Below, in pieces: positions 23,069 to 32,168 of a DNA stretch of 64,000 nt (positions are counted from its first letter, which is position 1; every line of letters starts with the position of its first letter). The notes below the pieces were generated by a model. The model worked only from the letters and a program-made list of their open reading frames with translations, was not told where the DNA came from and ran no database searches. The stretch covers positions 320,001 through 384,000 of the forward strand of contig CAWGJT010000010.1 of the NCBI GenBank assembly GCA_963822965.1, in the 5' to 3' direction. The DNA comes from an uncultured delta proteobacterium. GTDB lineage: Bacteria > Myxococcota_A > UBA9160 > UBA4427. Made by a program: the position numbers and the translations under genes.

Positions 23069-23415
23069 GCGGCCGAGCGACTCGGCCCCGCGGAGTCGCG
23101 GTAGAAGCGCCTGCGGCCGAGCGACTCGGCCCCGCGGAGTCGCGGTAGAAGCGCCTGCGGCCGAGCGACTCGGCTCCGCCGAGTCGCGGTAGAAGCGCCT
23201 GCGGCCGAGCCGAGCTCGGCCCCGCGGAGTCGCGGTAGAAGCGCCTGCGGCCGAGCGACTCGGCCCCGCGGAGTCGCGGTAGAAGCGCCTGCGGCCGAGC
23301 GACTCGGCTCCGCCGAGTCGCGGTAGAAGCGCCTGCGGCCGAGCGACTCGGCCCCGCGGAGTCGCGGTAGAAGCGCCTGCGGCCGAGCGACTCGGCTCCG
23401 CCGAGTCGCGGTAGA
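23069..23415. repeat. 44-bp palindromic tandem array (about 8 units) abutting the tRNA-Leu 3' end
   Basis: gcggccgagcgactcggc(cccgcg/tccgcc)gagtcgcggtagaagcgcct starting at 23069, 23113, 23157, 23201, 23247, 23291, 23335 and 23379. Confidence 0.95.
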
Positions 23416-23502
23416 TGGTGCGGCGAAGAGGACTCGAACCTCCACGGGGTTGCCCCCACCAGCCCCTCAAGCTGGCGCGTCTACCAATTCCGCCATCGCC
23501 GC
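23416..23502 (-). tRNA. tRNA-Leu(GAG)
   Basis: GCGGCGATGGCGGAATTGGTAGAC...CCAGC TTGAGGG GCTGG, long variable arm, GTTCGAGTC, CCA end. Confidence 0.97.
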
Positions 23503-23585
23503 ACGCGGGCGGCCGACTATACAGGACGGCCTCGGGAGCGTCAGGAGGACCGCCGGCCGGGTGGGCCGCCGGATCTGCGCGCTTC

Positions 23586-24044
23586 CTACGGCTGGTCGCC
23601 GGCGTCCTTGTCGGGCACCTCGATGTCCATCTCGATCAGCTCGTCCGGTGACGCCTCGGTCTTCGGGCTCGCGGTCGCGTCGCCCGTCGCGCCTTCGGCG
23701 GCCTTCCCGGCCTCTTCGACCGGAACCTCCTTCAGGGCGTTCGCATCCGCCGCCCCCTCCTCGGGCTTCGCGGGGGCCAGCTCGTCGAGGGTCTCCTCGT
23801 CGAAGACCAGGACGCGCTGGGTGCTCAGGTACGAGAGCGACAGGCTCGTCAGCATGAAGCCGATCGCCGCCCCGGTGGTGAGCTTCGTGAGGAAGTTGCC
23901 CGCCCCCCGGCTGCCGAAGACCGTGTTGCTGCCGCCGCCTCCCAGGGCCGCGCCCATGTCGCCGCCCTTGCCGCGCTGGAGCAGCACCACCAGGATCAGG
24001 ATGAAGCAGACCATCACGTGCAGGACGATCAGGAACGTATGCAT
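23586..24044 (-). CDS. secG: Preprotein translocase SecG with acidic tail
   Basis: VLLQRGKG; FGSRGAGNFLTKLT; tpiA-secG-tRNA-Leu synteny. Confidence 0.95.
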   Translation of the reverse strand: MHTFLIVLHVMVCFILILVVLLQRGKGGDMGAALGGGGSNTVFGSRGAGNFLTKLTTGAAIGFMLTSLSLSYLSTQRVLVFDEETLDELAPAKPEEGAADANALKEVPVEEAGKAAEGATGDATASPKTEASPDELIEMDIEVPDKDAGDQP

Positions 24045-24096
24045 TGCGGTTCTCCTGGCGCCCGGGCGCCAGCTTCGGGAGGGAGCAGCCCGGCAC

Positions 24097-24855
24097 TCAT
24101 CGATTCGAGGCGGCCCGTACGATACCGGCAAAGCTGGCGGGGTCGAGGCTTGCGCCCCCCACGAGCGCTCCGTCGATGTCCGGCTGAGCCATCAGCTGCT
24201 CCGCGTTGTCCGGCTTGACCGAGCCGCCGTACTGGATTCGCATTCGCTGGGCCGCGTCGCCGTAGGCGGCCTCGAGCCGGCCGCGAATGGCCTGGTGGAC
24301 CTCCTGGGCGAGCTCGGGTGTCGCGGTGCGACCCGTCCCGATGGCCCAGACGGGCTCGTAGGCCACCACGACGTCCTCGGCGCGACCGTCGGGCACCCCG
24401 GCCAGGCTGCCCCGGAGCTGTCGCTCCACCACCTCCAGGCTGCGGTCGGCCTCGTGCTCGGCCAGCGACTCCCCGACGCAGACGATCGGTCGCACGCCCC
24501 CGGCCAGCAGCGCGGCGGCCTTCGCGCTGACCATCTCGTCGGTCTCTCCGTAGAGGTTGCGGCGCTCGCTGTGACCCACGATGGCGTACGCGCATCCGTG
24601 CTCGATGAGCATGGCGACGGAGATCTCGCCCGTGAAGGCTCCCTTCGCCGCGGCGTTGACGTTCTGCGCCGCGAGCCGCACCGGGCCCCCGCGGAAGGCC
24701 AGTGCGGCGCGCTCGAGCGCCGTGAACGGCGGCGCTACGACGACCTCCACGTCCGCCACGCGAGCCAGGGCTCCGGAGAGCGCCTGCGCGTAGGCGGCGG
24801 TCTCTGCGGCCGTCATGTGCATCTTGAAGTTCGCGGCGACGATCGGTCGTCTCAT
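24097..24855 (-). CDS. tpiA: Triosephosphate isomerase
   Basis: ANFKM; GHSERR; AYEPVWAIGTG; YGGSV; VGGAS. Confidence 0.97.
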   Translation of the reverse strand: MRRPIVAANFKMHMTAAETAAYAQALSGALARVADVEVVVAPPFTALERAALAFRGGPVRLAAQNVNAAAKGAFTGEISVAMLIEHGCAYAIVGHSERRNLYGETDEMVSAKAAALLAGGVRPIVCVGESLAEHEADRSLEVVERQLRGSLAGVPDGRAEDVVVAYEPVWAIGTGRTATPELAQEVHQAIRGRLEAAYGDAAQRMRIQYGGSVKPDNAEQLMAQPDIDGALVGGASLDPASFAGIVRAASNR

Positions 24856-24865
24856 GGTCCGGCGC

Positions 24866-26047
24866 TCACCCGCGCTCGAGCGCGGCGACGCCCGGCAGCT
24901 CGAGCCCCTGCACGAACTCGAGCGACGCACCCCCGCCCGTCGACAGATGCCCGATGCGGTCGCCGAGGCCGAGCTTGTGGATGGCGGCGATGGAGTCGCC
25001 CCCGCCCACCACCGAGCGGCCGGCGGACTCGGCGACGCCGCGGGCCACGGTCTCGGTGCCCTTCGCGAACGCGTCCATCTCGAACACGCCCATGGGCCCG
25101 TTCCAGAGGATCGTGGCGGCGGCGCGTGCTTCGTCCGCATAGGCGGCGGCGGTGGAGGGACCGATGTCCAGCCCCATCCAGCCGTCGGGGATCGTCTCCA
25201 CGACGCGCGTCTCGGCGTCGGGCTCGAGCGCCCGGGCGACGACGTGATCGTGGGGAAGCAGCAGGCGATTGCCCGCGGCGGCGGCGGCGGCCTCCACCCG
25301 GCGCGCGTCTTCGAGCCGCTCGGGCTCGACGCGCGAGCTTCCTACCGGCTTTCCCTGGGCGGCCAGGAACGTGTACGCCATGGCTCCCCCCACGGCGAGG
25401 ACGTCGGCACGGGGTGCCAGGGCTTCGAGCACGCCGAGCTTGTCGGAAACCTTGGCGCCCCCCAGCAGGCACAGGAAGGGATGCTCGGGCTCGAGCGCCA
25501 CCCGCAGATGCTCGAGCTCGGACGTCATCAGGAGGCCCGCGGCGCTGGCCTTCACCAGGGGCACGATGCCGGCGGTCGAAGCGTGGGCACGGTGCGCCGC
25601 ACCGAAGGCGTCGTTCACGTAGAGGTCCGCCAGGGCGGCGAGCTGGGCGGCGAACCCGGGGCTGTTCTTCGTCTCGCCCTCGTGGAAGCGCAGGTTCTCG
25701 AGCAGCACCACGTCGCCGTCCCCGAGAGCTGCCACTGCCTGCTCCGCCACGGGTCCCACGCAGTCTGCCGCGAACGCCACCGGGCGGCCCAGGTAGCGCG
25801 TGACGATCGGCGCCACCGGCGCCAGGCTGAGGGCGGGGTCGGGACCTCCCTTGGGACGGCCCAGGTGCGAAGCCAGGACGACCCGGGCCCCCGCGTCGCA
25901 CAGTGCCGTCAGGGTCGGGATCGAGGCGCGGACGCGGGTGTCGTCACCCACCTCTCCGTCGCGAAGCGGGACGTTGAGATCCGCGCGCAGGAAGACGCGC
26001 TTTCCGCGGACGCCGATCTGGGAAATGAGGTCGTCGAGAGTGCGCAT
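24866..26047 (-). CDS. pgk: Phosphoglycerate kinase
   Basis: RADLNVP; SHLGRP; LLENLRF; DAFGAAHR; WNGPMGVFE; STGGGASLE. Confidence 0.97.
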   Translation of the reverse strand: MRTLDDLISQIGVRGKRVFLRADLNVPLRDGEVGDDTRVRASIPTLTALCDAGARVVLASHLGRPKGGPDPALSLAPVAPIVTRYLGRPVAFAADCVGPVAEQAVAALGDGDVVLLENLRFHEGETKNSPGFAAQLAALADLYVNDAFGAAHRAHASTAGIVPLVKASAAGLLMTSELEHLRVALEPEHPFLCLLGGAKVSDKLGVLEALAPRADVLAVGGAMAYTFLAAQGKPVGSSRVEPERLEDARRVEAAAAAAGNRLLLPHDHVVARALEPDAETRVVETIPDGWMGLDIGPSTAAAYADEARAAATILWNGPMGVFEMDAFAKGTETVARGVAESAGRSVVGGGDSIAAIHKLGLGDRIGHLSTGGGASLEFVQGLELPGVAALERG

Positions 26048-26282
26048 GCCGATGGGACTCTTTGCTCGTGTTTCCGGGCCGGGGCGCTGGTCTGTGCGGA
26101 CGCAGCACCCGGTACCCGACCGGGGTGAAAAGGGCTTCGTGTGAGGGCGCTCTCGTCCGATGTCCGAGAGACGGGTCGGCAGCTTACCGCCCGCGCTCGC
26201 TCCTGACCAAAGCCAGCCCCGATCGTTGTACGGATCAGGGAAGCTTTGGGGCTAGTATCCGGGCGCCAACCCTGGGGGGCGA

Positions 26283-26702
26283 ATGATCATCGGCAGCGGT
26301 GTCGACGTGATCGAGATCGCGCGCATCGAACGGATGCTCGACGAGCGGGGGGACCGCTTCGAGCGCCGGGTCTTCAGCCCGGGCGAGATCGAGGACTGCC
26401 GCCGGACCGGGCGTCCGGCGGCCCACTACGCGGTGCGGTTCGCCGCCAAGGAAGCCGTGATGAAGGCGGTGGGAACCGGCTGGTCCAAGGGCGTGCGCTG
26501 GGTGGACATCGAGACCCGCATCGAAGGGGAGGGCGCCCCGCACGTGTCCGATCGCCTGCGGCTCGAGCTGCACGGCGCGGTCGGGTCCCTGGCCGAACGG
26601 CTGGCCTCCGGCGCGGGCGGCGCCGCGCGCGCACACCTCGCGGTGGGTCGCAGCCGCACCCACGCCGTGGCCAGCGTGCTGCTCGAGGCTCGCGGCCGGT
26701 GA
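26283..26702 (+). CDS. acpS: Holo-ACP synthase
   Basis: GSGVDVIE; RFAAKEAVMKA. Confidence 0.92.
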   Translation: MIIGSGVDVIEIARIERMLDERGDRFERRVFSPGEIEDCRRTGRPAAHYAVRFAAKEAVMKAVGTGWSKGVRWVDIETRIEGEGAPHVSDRLRLELHGAVGSLAERLASGAGGAARAHLAVGRSRTHAVASVLLEARGR

Positions 26703-29311
26703 CCCAGCGCGGGGCGGCCCTTCGCCGCGTGGCCCTGCGGCGGCCCGGTCGCGCGGGACTGGTGATCGCGCTGGCGCTGATCGCGGCGATCGGGCTCGGA
26801 AGCTGGCTCGCGAGCCAGCGCCTGGCCAGCCAGCGGGCGGCCCGAGAAGCCTTTCCGATGGCGACGGGGCAGCTGCGGGTCGACGGCCTGCGCGAGCGCG
26901 TCAGCATCGATCGCGACGCCCGAGGCATCCCCCACATCCTCGCGACCAACGAGCGGGACGCCTGGTTCGGGCTGGGCTTCGCGCACGCCCAGGATCGGCT
27001 CGCCCAGATGCTGTGGCTGCGGCGTATCGCGCTGGGACGGACGGCGGAGCGGATCGGCGAGGCGGGGCTCGAGACGGACCGACTGGTCCGGACCCTCGGG
27101 CTGCCGAAGCTGGCCGATCGCGAGTGGCAGGACCTCGAGTCCGACTCGGTGGAGCTCCTGGAGGCATACACCCAGGGCGTCAACGCCCGGATGGCGCGCA
27201 TCCGGGCCGGCCGGGTGGCGCCGCCCGAAGCGCTCGTCGGCGAGGAGGCGCCGCCCGCCCCGTCCCTGATGCCCGGCGCGCCCGGGACGATCCTCGACGA
27301 GGATCCCTGGCGGCCGACCGACTCCCTGGCCATCGGCAAGCTCGTCGCGTGGGGGGCCGGCGCCTCCCTCGAGCGGGCGGTGGTCCTGTCGGACCTGATC
27401 GAGCGGCTCGGCAGCATGGGAGCGCGACCTTTCTTTCCCGGCAGCGAGGAGGACCTCGGGCTGGCGGTTCCCCTGGACGACCCGGACGAGACGCCGTCGA
27501 CCAGCCCGGAGGAGGAGCATCGGGAGCCGCTCATCCGGCTGGCGTCGTTTCGCGGCAGCGCCTGGGCCCTGCCCGGACGCTTCAGCGCCAGCGGCGCCCC
27601 GATCCTCGTCGCCGAGCTGTCCGTGGGGCCCACCGCGCCGTCGTTGCTCCACGAGGCGCATCTGCGCGGGGGCAGCCTCGACGTGGCCGGGGTCGCCATT
27701 CCCGGGCTGCCGCTCCTGCTCGTGGGCCGAAATCCGGACCTCGCCTGGGCCATCGCTCCCCTGCCGGTAGCGGCCGTCGATCTGTTCAAGGAGAGCCTCC
27801 GGCACGGCACCGCCGGGTCGGCGGATCCGGAGGCGGGCGAGCCGCTCGCGCAGGCGCCGGCCGATCCCGATCGCGCGGCGCTCCTGTACCAGAACGGCAG
27901 TCGCTGGGTTCCGGTCAAGGAGCGCTTCGAGGAGATCTCGATCGGCCGGCCCGGGTCGCCCGACCACCGCGTCGAGCGCCTGCGGGTGCGGGAGACGCGG
28001 CACGGTCCACTGATCAACGGGCTGCTGGACGACGGGGTCTCGCGCACCCCGCTGTCGCTCGCCTGGACCGGCGCACGCGCCGGGGACTCGCTCGTGGGCC
28101 TGGTGCGGCTCGCCCACGCGCAAACCGCGAGCGACGTGAGGGCCGCGCTGGCCCTGCATCGCGATCCGCCGCTCGAGGTCGTCTACGCGACCCGGACCGG
28201 CGAGGTGGGGCTGCAGGTGGCCGGCTGGATTCCCCAGCGCACGCTGCCGTCCGGTCTGGCGCCCGTGCCGGGGCGGCTGCGGGCGTTCGACTGGCGTGCG
28301 GGCATCGAGCCCGACGCGCTGCCGCACGTAGAGGTCGGTCGGGAAGACAGCGGATCCGGCCCGCTCCGCGGCTGGGTGGTATCCACCGGGTCCCGCCTCG
28401 AGGAGGAGCTCTCGGGGGTCCAGATCGAGTGGCTGTGGCGGAGCTACGCCCGGGGCTTCCGCCTGCGCCAGCTCCTGGCCGACCTCGTCTCGGGTCGTCG
28501 GGTCGAGCTGCGCGCGGCCGCCGAGGTGCAGAACGACGTATCGGCCAACGTCGACCCCCAGCTGCTGGCGGCGCTGCTGCTGCTGGCGGGCAGCCCGCCC
28601 GAGCTGAGCCCCGAGGGCCAGGAGGTGGCCGACCTGCTGCGCTCGTGGGACGGCATGGCCACGGCCGACAGCCGCGGCGCCGTCGCCTTCCAGCTGCTGG
28701 TGGGGCACCTGCTGGAAGAGATTCTCGAGCCCACCATCGGTCGCGACCTGATGGACCGCTATCTGGCGCTACCGGGAGTCGACCCGACCGCGCTGGTCCA
28801 GAACATCGTGCTGGGGGCGGTCCGGTCCGGCCGGGAAGGCGGCTGGACCGATCCGCAGATCGTGGGTGCGGCGGTTCGCGAGAGCCTGCGTCGAACCTGG
28901 ATGAGTCTCTCCTATCGCCTGGGCCACAACCGGGAGCGCTGGGCCTGGGGGCGACTCCACACCCTGGCCTTCCGGCCGTTCGAGAATCTCGACTCCGAGG
29001 CGCCCCCGGTGTCGCGCAGCCTGGGCCCCATGCCGATGGCGGGCCAGGCTGCCAGCCTGGCCCGCTCGGTCCCCGATCGGGAGACCTTCTCGTCCCGACG
29101 GGCCTCGACCTACCGGATGGCTGTGGATCTGGCAGCGCCGGACCGCATGCTCACCATGCTTTCCCCCGGCCAGTCCGAGCATCGCGGGCATCCCCACTTC
29201 GACGACGGCATCCCCGCCTGGCGGGAGGGCCATCCGTCGCTGCTGGTGACGAGCCCGTTCCTGCTCGAGGAGGCGGCGGTCGAGCGGCTCGTGCTGGAGC
29301 CGTCCAGGTGA
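26699..29311 (+). CDS. Penicillin acylase (S45 Ntn-hydrolase) homologue, catalytic motifs degenerate
   Basis: RDARGIPHI; FAHAQDRL; TRHGP; WGRLH; PGQSE; N-terminal TM anchor. Confidence 0.85.
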   Translation: MTQRGAALRRVALRRPGRAGLVIALALIAAIGLGSWLASQRLASQRAAREAFPMATGQLRVDGLRERVSIDRDARGIPHILATNERDAWFGLGFAHAQDRLAQMLWLRRIALGRTAERIGEAGLETDRLVRTLGLPKLADREWQDLESDSVELLEAYTQGVNARMARIRAGRVAPPEALVGEEAPPAPSLMPGAPGTILDEDPWRPTDSLAIGKLVAWGAGASLERAVVLSDLIERLGSMGARPFFPGSEEDLGLAVPLDDPDETPSTSPEEEHREPLIRLASFRGSAWALPGRFSASGAPILVAELSVGPTAPSLLHEAHLRGGSLDVAGVAIPGLPLLLVGRNPDLAWAIAPLPVAAVDLFKESLRHGTAGSADPEAGEPLAQAPADPDRAALLYQNGSRWVPVKERFEEISIGRPGSPDHRVERLRVRETRHGPLINGLLDDGVSRTPLSLAWTGARAGDSLVGLVRLAHAQTASDVRAALALHRDPPLEVVYATRTGEVGLQVAGWIPQRTLPSGLAPVPGRLRAFDWRAGIEPDALPHVEVGREDSGSGPLRGWVVSTGSRLEEELSGVQIEWLWRSYARGFRLRQLLADLVSGRRVELRAAAEVQNDVSANVDPQLLAALLLLAGSPPELSPEGQEVADLLRSWDGMATADSRGAVAFQLLVGHLLEEILEPTIGRDLMDRYLALPGVDPTALVQNIVLGAVRSGREGGWTDPQIVGAAVRESLRRTWMSLSYRLGHNRERWAWGRLHTLAFRPFENLDSEAPPVSRSLGPMPMAGQAASLARSVPDRETFSSRRASTYRMAVDLAAPDRMLTMLSPGQSEHRGHPHFDDGIPAWREGHPSLLVTSPFLLEEAAVERLVLEPSR

Positions 29312-30354
29312 TCCTCTTCGCAGAGGTTCCGAACTTCTACGCCGAGGTCGAGCGCAGCCGCGACCCGACGCTCCGGGACCGGCCCGTGGTGGTGGGCGGC
29401 GACCCACGCAAGCGCGGCGTGGTGCAGTCGGCGAGCCGCGAGGCGCGGGCGGCCGGCGTCCGGGTGGGGATGCCCATGCAGCAGGCCCTGGCAACCTGCC
29501 CGGCTGCGCGTCCCGTGAAGACCGACATGAAGCACTACCGCGAGGTGTCGGGCCGCCTGCGCGCCTGCCTGCGCGCGGAGGTGGAGGCCGTCGAGCCAGT
29601 CGCCCTCGAGTCCGCGTATCTCGACGTCTCCCTGGCGGGCGAGGACGCCCGGGCCGTCGCCGACCGCCTGACCTCCCGGGTGAAGCAGACGCTGGGGCTC
29701 CCCCTGCGCGTGGGCATCGCGGCCAGCAAGGCCCTGGCCCGGCTCGCCGCCGAGGAGGCGGCGCCGGGCCGCAGCCGTCGGGTCGAGCCGGGAGAAGAGA
29801 CCGAGTTCCTCTCCCCGCTGCCGGTGGACCGCCTTCCGGGCGTGGGCCCGCGCACCCTCGAGACCCTCCTTCGGCTCGGGGCCTCGACGGTGGGCGACCT
29901 GCTGCGGGTCGATCCGGCCCGCATCGAGCGCGAGCTCGGCAACCACGGTCTGCGGATCCTGGCGCTGGCCTCGGGCCGGGAGGACTCCACGGTTCGGGGG
30001 CACCGGCATCCGCGAACCCTCAGCCGGGAGCACACGTTCCGCCCCGCGGAGGTGGACCTCGGCGAGCTGTCGGACTGCCTCCAACGGCTCGCCCAGCTGC
30101 TCGGTGAGGGACTTCAGGAGCAGGGGCTCTGCGCGCGCCGGCTCGGCGTGAAGGTGCGGTTCGAGGACCAGCAGACGAAGACCCGAAGCCGGACGCTCTC
30201 GAGCCCGGTCTCGACGGCGGCGGAGATCTACGACGTGACCGTGGGTCTGCTCGGCCGGACGGAGGCGGGCGCCCGGGGCGTGCGGGTGCTCGGCGTCACG
30301 GTGAGCGGCCTGGGGCCGCGGCCCCTCGACCGCCAGCTGGAGCTGTTTCGCTGA
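29308..30354 (+). CDS. Y-family DNA polymerase IV (DinB)-like protein lacking catalytic acids
   Basis: RPVVVGG; RGVV; EAR..GV..GMP; LPGVG; little finger; C-terminal QLELF; motifs read AEVPNFY and ALES. Confidence 0.85.
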   Translation: MILFAEVPNFYAEVERSRDPTLRDRPVVVGGDPRKRGVVQSASREARAAGVRVGMPMQQALATCPAARPVKTDMKHYREVSGRLRACLRAEVEAVEPVALESAYLDVSLAGEDARAVADRLTSRVKQTLGLPLRVGIAASKALARLAAEEAAPGRSRRVEPGEETEFLSPLPVDRLPGVGPRTLETLLRLGASTVGDLLRVDPARIERELGNHGLRILALASGREDSTVRGHRHPRTLSREHTFRPAEVDLGELSDCLQRLAQLLGEGLQEQGLCARRLGVKVRFEDQQTKTRSRTLSSPVSTAAEIYDVTVGLLGRTEAGARGVRVLGVTVSGLGPRPLDRQLELFR

Positions 30355-30447
30355 ACGGCGGGGTCTCGACCCATCTCAAGCCCCCCTCCTGGGCGTCCGA
30401 TGAGGCCCCGAGGGCCGGCCGCTGCCCGGCCCGGCGAGGGGTCGTCC

Positions 30448-30783
30448 ATGTCGAACGCGGGAAGCGAGCGCCGCAAGTATCCGCGCCTGAGTACCGACCA
30501 GATCATCTCGTTCGCCGAGGTCGATCGGCCGGACCGGCTGGCGGTGGGCAAGAACCTGTCGTCGGGCGGGATCCGCTTCGAAGCGGTGGGCTGCGAGATC
30601 AACCTGGGCGACGTGCTGCGCGTGACCTTCAACATCGGGTCGGAGACGGTGGTGGCCACCGGCAACGTGGTCTGGGCCACCGAGACGGACGCCTTCAGCA
30701 TGGACGTCGGCCTCGAGTTCATCGAGATCGACCCCCGCGCGCTGGAGCTGCTCGACAAGACCGCTGGCGGAATCGAGGCTTAA
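30448..30783 (+). CDS. Stand-alone PilZ domain protein
   Basis: ERRKYPR (RxxxR); NLSSGG; VVW; GLEF. Confidence 0.88.
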   Translation: MSNAGSERRKYPRLSTDQIISFAEVDRPDRLAVGKNLSSGGIRFEAVGCEINLGDVLRVTFNIGSETVVATGNVVWATETDAFSMDVGLEFIEIDPRALELLDKTAGGIEA

Positions 30784-30849
30784 GGCCGAAACCTCGAGCA
30801 GCGTCGACGGGGTGGCGGGACGCGAGCGCGAGTGCGAGCCTCCCGGCCG

Positions 30850-32076
30850 ATGGCGGACTTCCATCAATCGGGCGCGATCACCACGCTCCACAGGCTCGGC
30901 ACCCCCGACCTCGATCGGCTCGAGTCGGAGCTGCTCGCCTTCAGCACCTCCCGACCCATCGCCCTGGTCCTCCCCTGTCTCCACGCCGAGCTGCGGGGGC
31001 CCGCCCTCAAGGGGATCGTCGAAGAGCTGCACCGGGTGCCGTACCTGCGAGAGCTGGTGGTGAGCCTGTCGGGGGACGCCGATCACGCCCAGTTCGAGGA
31101 GATGAGCAGCCTCTTCCGAGAGGTGCCGCTGCTGGGCGGGCACGAGCCGACCGTGGTCTGGGCCGACGGCCCGCGGGTGCGGTCGCTGCTGGCGCGACTC
31201 CGCGCCGAGGGGCTCGATCCGGGCGAGGACGGCAAGGGCCGGGCCACCTGGCTCGCCTACGGCTACGTGCTGGCCAACCAGGCCTCGCGCGTGATCGCGG
31301 TGCACGACTGCGACATCTGCGACTACAGCCGCGAGCTGCTGGCCCGCCTGTGCTTCCCGACCGCGAATCCCAACATGAACTACGAGTTCGCCAAGGGCTA
31401 CTACAGTCGGGTGACCGATCGCCTGCACGGGCGCGTCACGCGGCTGTTCATGACGCCCCTCCTGCAGGCGATGAAGTCGGTCCTCGGCCCGATCCCGCTG
31501 CTCGACTACATGGCGTCCTTCCGATACCCGCTCTCCGGGGAGTGCTCGATGACGAGCGACCTGGTGCGCGCGAATCGGATCCCGGCCGACTGGGGGCTCG
31601 AGGTGGGCGTGCTCGCGGAGGTGTTCCGCAACTGCTCGCTGAAGCGGGTCGCCCAGGTGGAGCTGGTGGCCAACTACGACCACAAGCACCAGGAGCTGTC
31701 CCGGGAGGACGCGACCCAGGGGCTCCACCGCATGGTGGTGGACATCGCCGCCTCGCTGATCCGCAACCTCGCGAGCTACGGGGTGGAGTTCGATGCGGGC
31801 TTCCTGAACACGCTGATCGCGGCCTACGTTCGCACCGCCCAGGATACGATCCTGCGCTACAGCGACGACGCCAAGCTGAACGGGCTGCAGTTCGACCGGC
31901 ATGCCGAGGAGCTGGCGGTGGAGACCTTCTCGGGAGCCCTGCGGGGCGCAGGCCTCGACTTCGTGCGGGATCCCCTGGGCGCGCCGCAGATCCCGAACTG
32001 GAGTCGTGTGATCTCGGCGATGCCCAGCTTCCTGGACGACCTCCGGGAGGCCGTGGACGCGGATCGACGCGGCTAG
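30850..32076 (+). CDS. gpgS: Glucosyl-3-phosphoglycerate synthase-like glycosyltransferase
   Basis: MADFHQ; GKGR; HDCD; KGYYSR; GRVTRL; YPLSGE; YDHKHQ. Confidence 0.75.
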   Translation: MADFHQSGAITTLHRLGTPDLDRLESELLAFSTSRPIALVLPCLHAELRGPALKGIVEELHRVPYLRELVVSLSGDADHAQFEEMSSLFREVPLLGGHEPTVVWADGPRVRSLLARLRAEGLDPGEDGKGRATWLAYGYVLANQASRVIAVHDCDICDYSRELLARLCFPTANPNMNYEFAKGYYSRVTDRLHGRVTRLFMTPLLQAMKSVLGPIPLLDYMASFRYPLSGECSMTSDLVRANRIPADWGLEVGVLAEVFRNCSLKRVAQVELVANYDHKHQELSREDATQGLHRMVVDIAASLIRNLASYGVEFDAGFLNTLIAAYVRTAQDTILRYSDDAKLNGLQFDRHAEELAVETFSGALRGAGLDFVRDPLGAPQIPNWSRVISAMPSFLDDLREAVDADRRG

Positions 32077-32168
32077 CTCGGCCTGCTGGCCGCAGGAAGC
32101 CGAGGGGCTCGTCAGCCAGGAGGGTGCGAGCCAGCGGACGGGTGTGGGCCCGGCGAGGGGGACGCGGG

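Noticed and set aside
23069..23415. 44-bp array (also the 28-bp and 20-bp arrays) as CRISPR
   Set aside because: Head-to-tail units with no unique spacers and no cas genes
21073..23502. Integrative island at tRNA-Leu(GAG), or at tRNA-Leu(CAG)
   Set aside because: No integrase and no duplicated tRNA 3' end found in the window
26048..26282. Missing gap gene before pgk
   Set aside because: Splitting of gap from pgk-tpi is common and no remnant is visible
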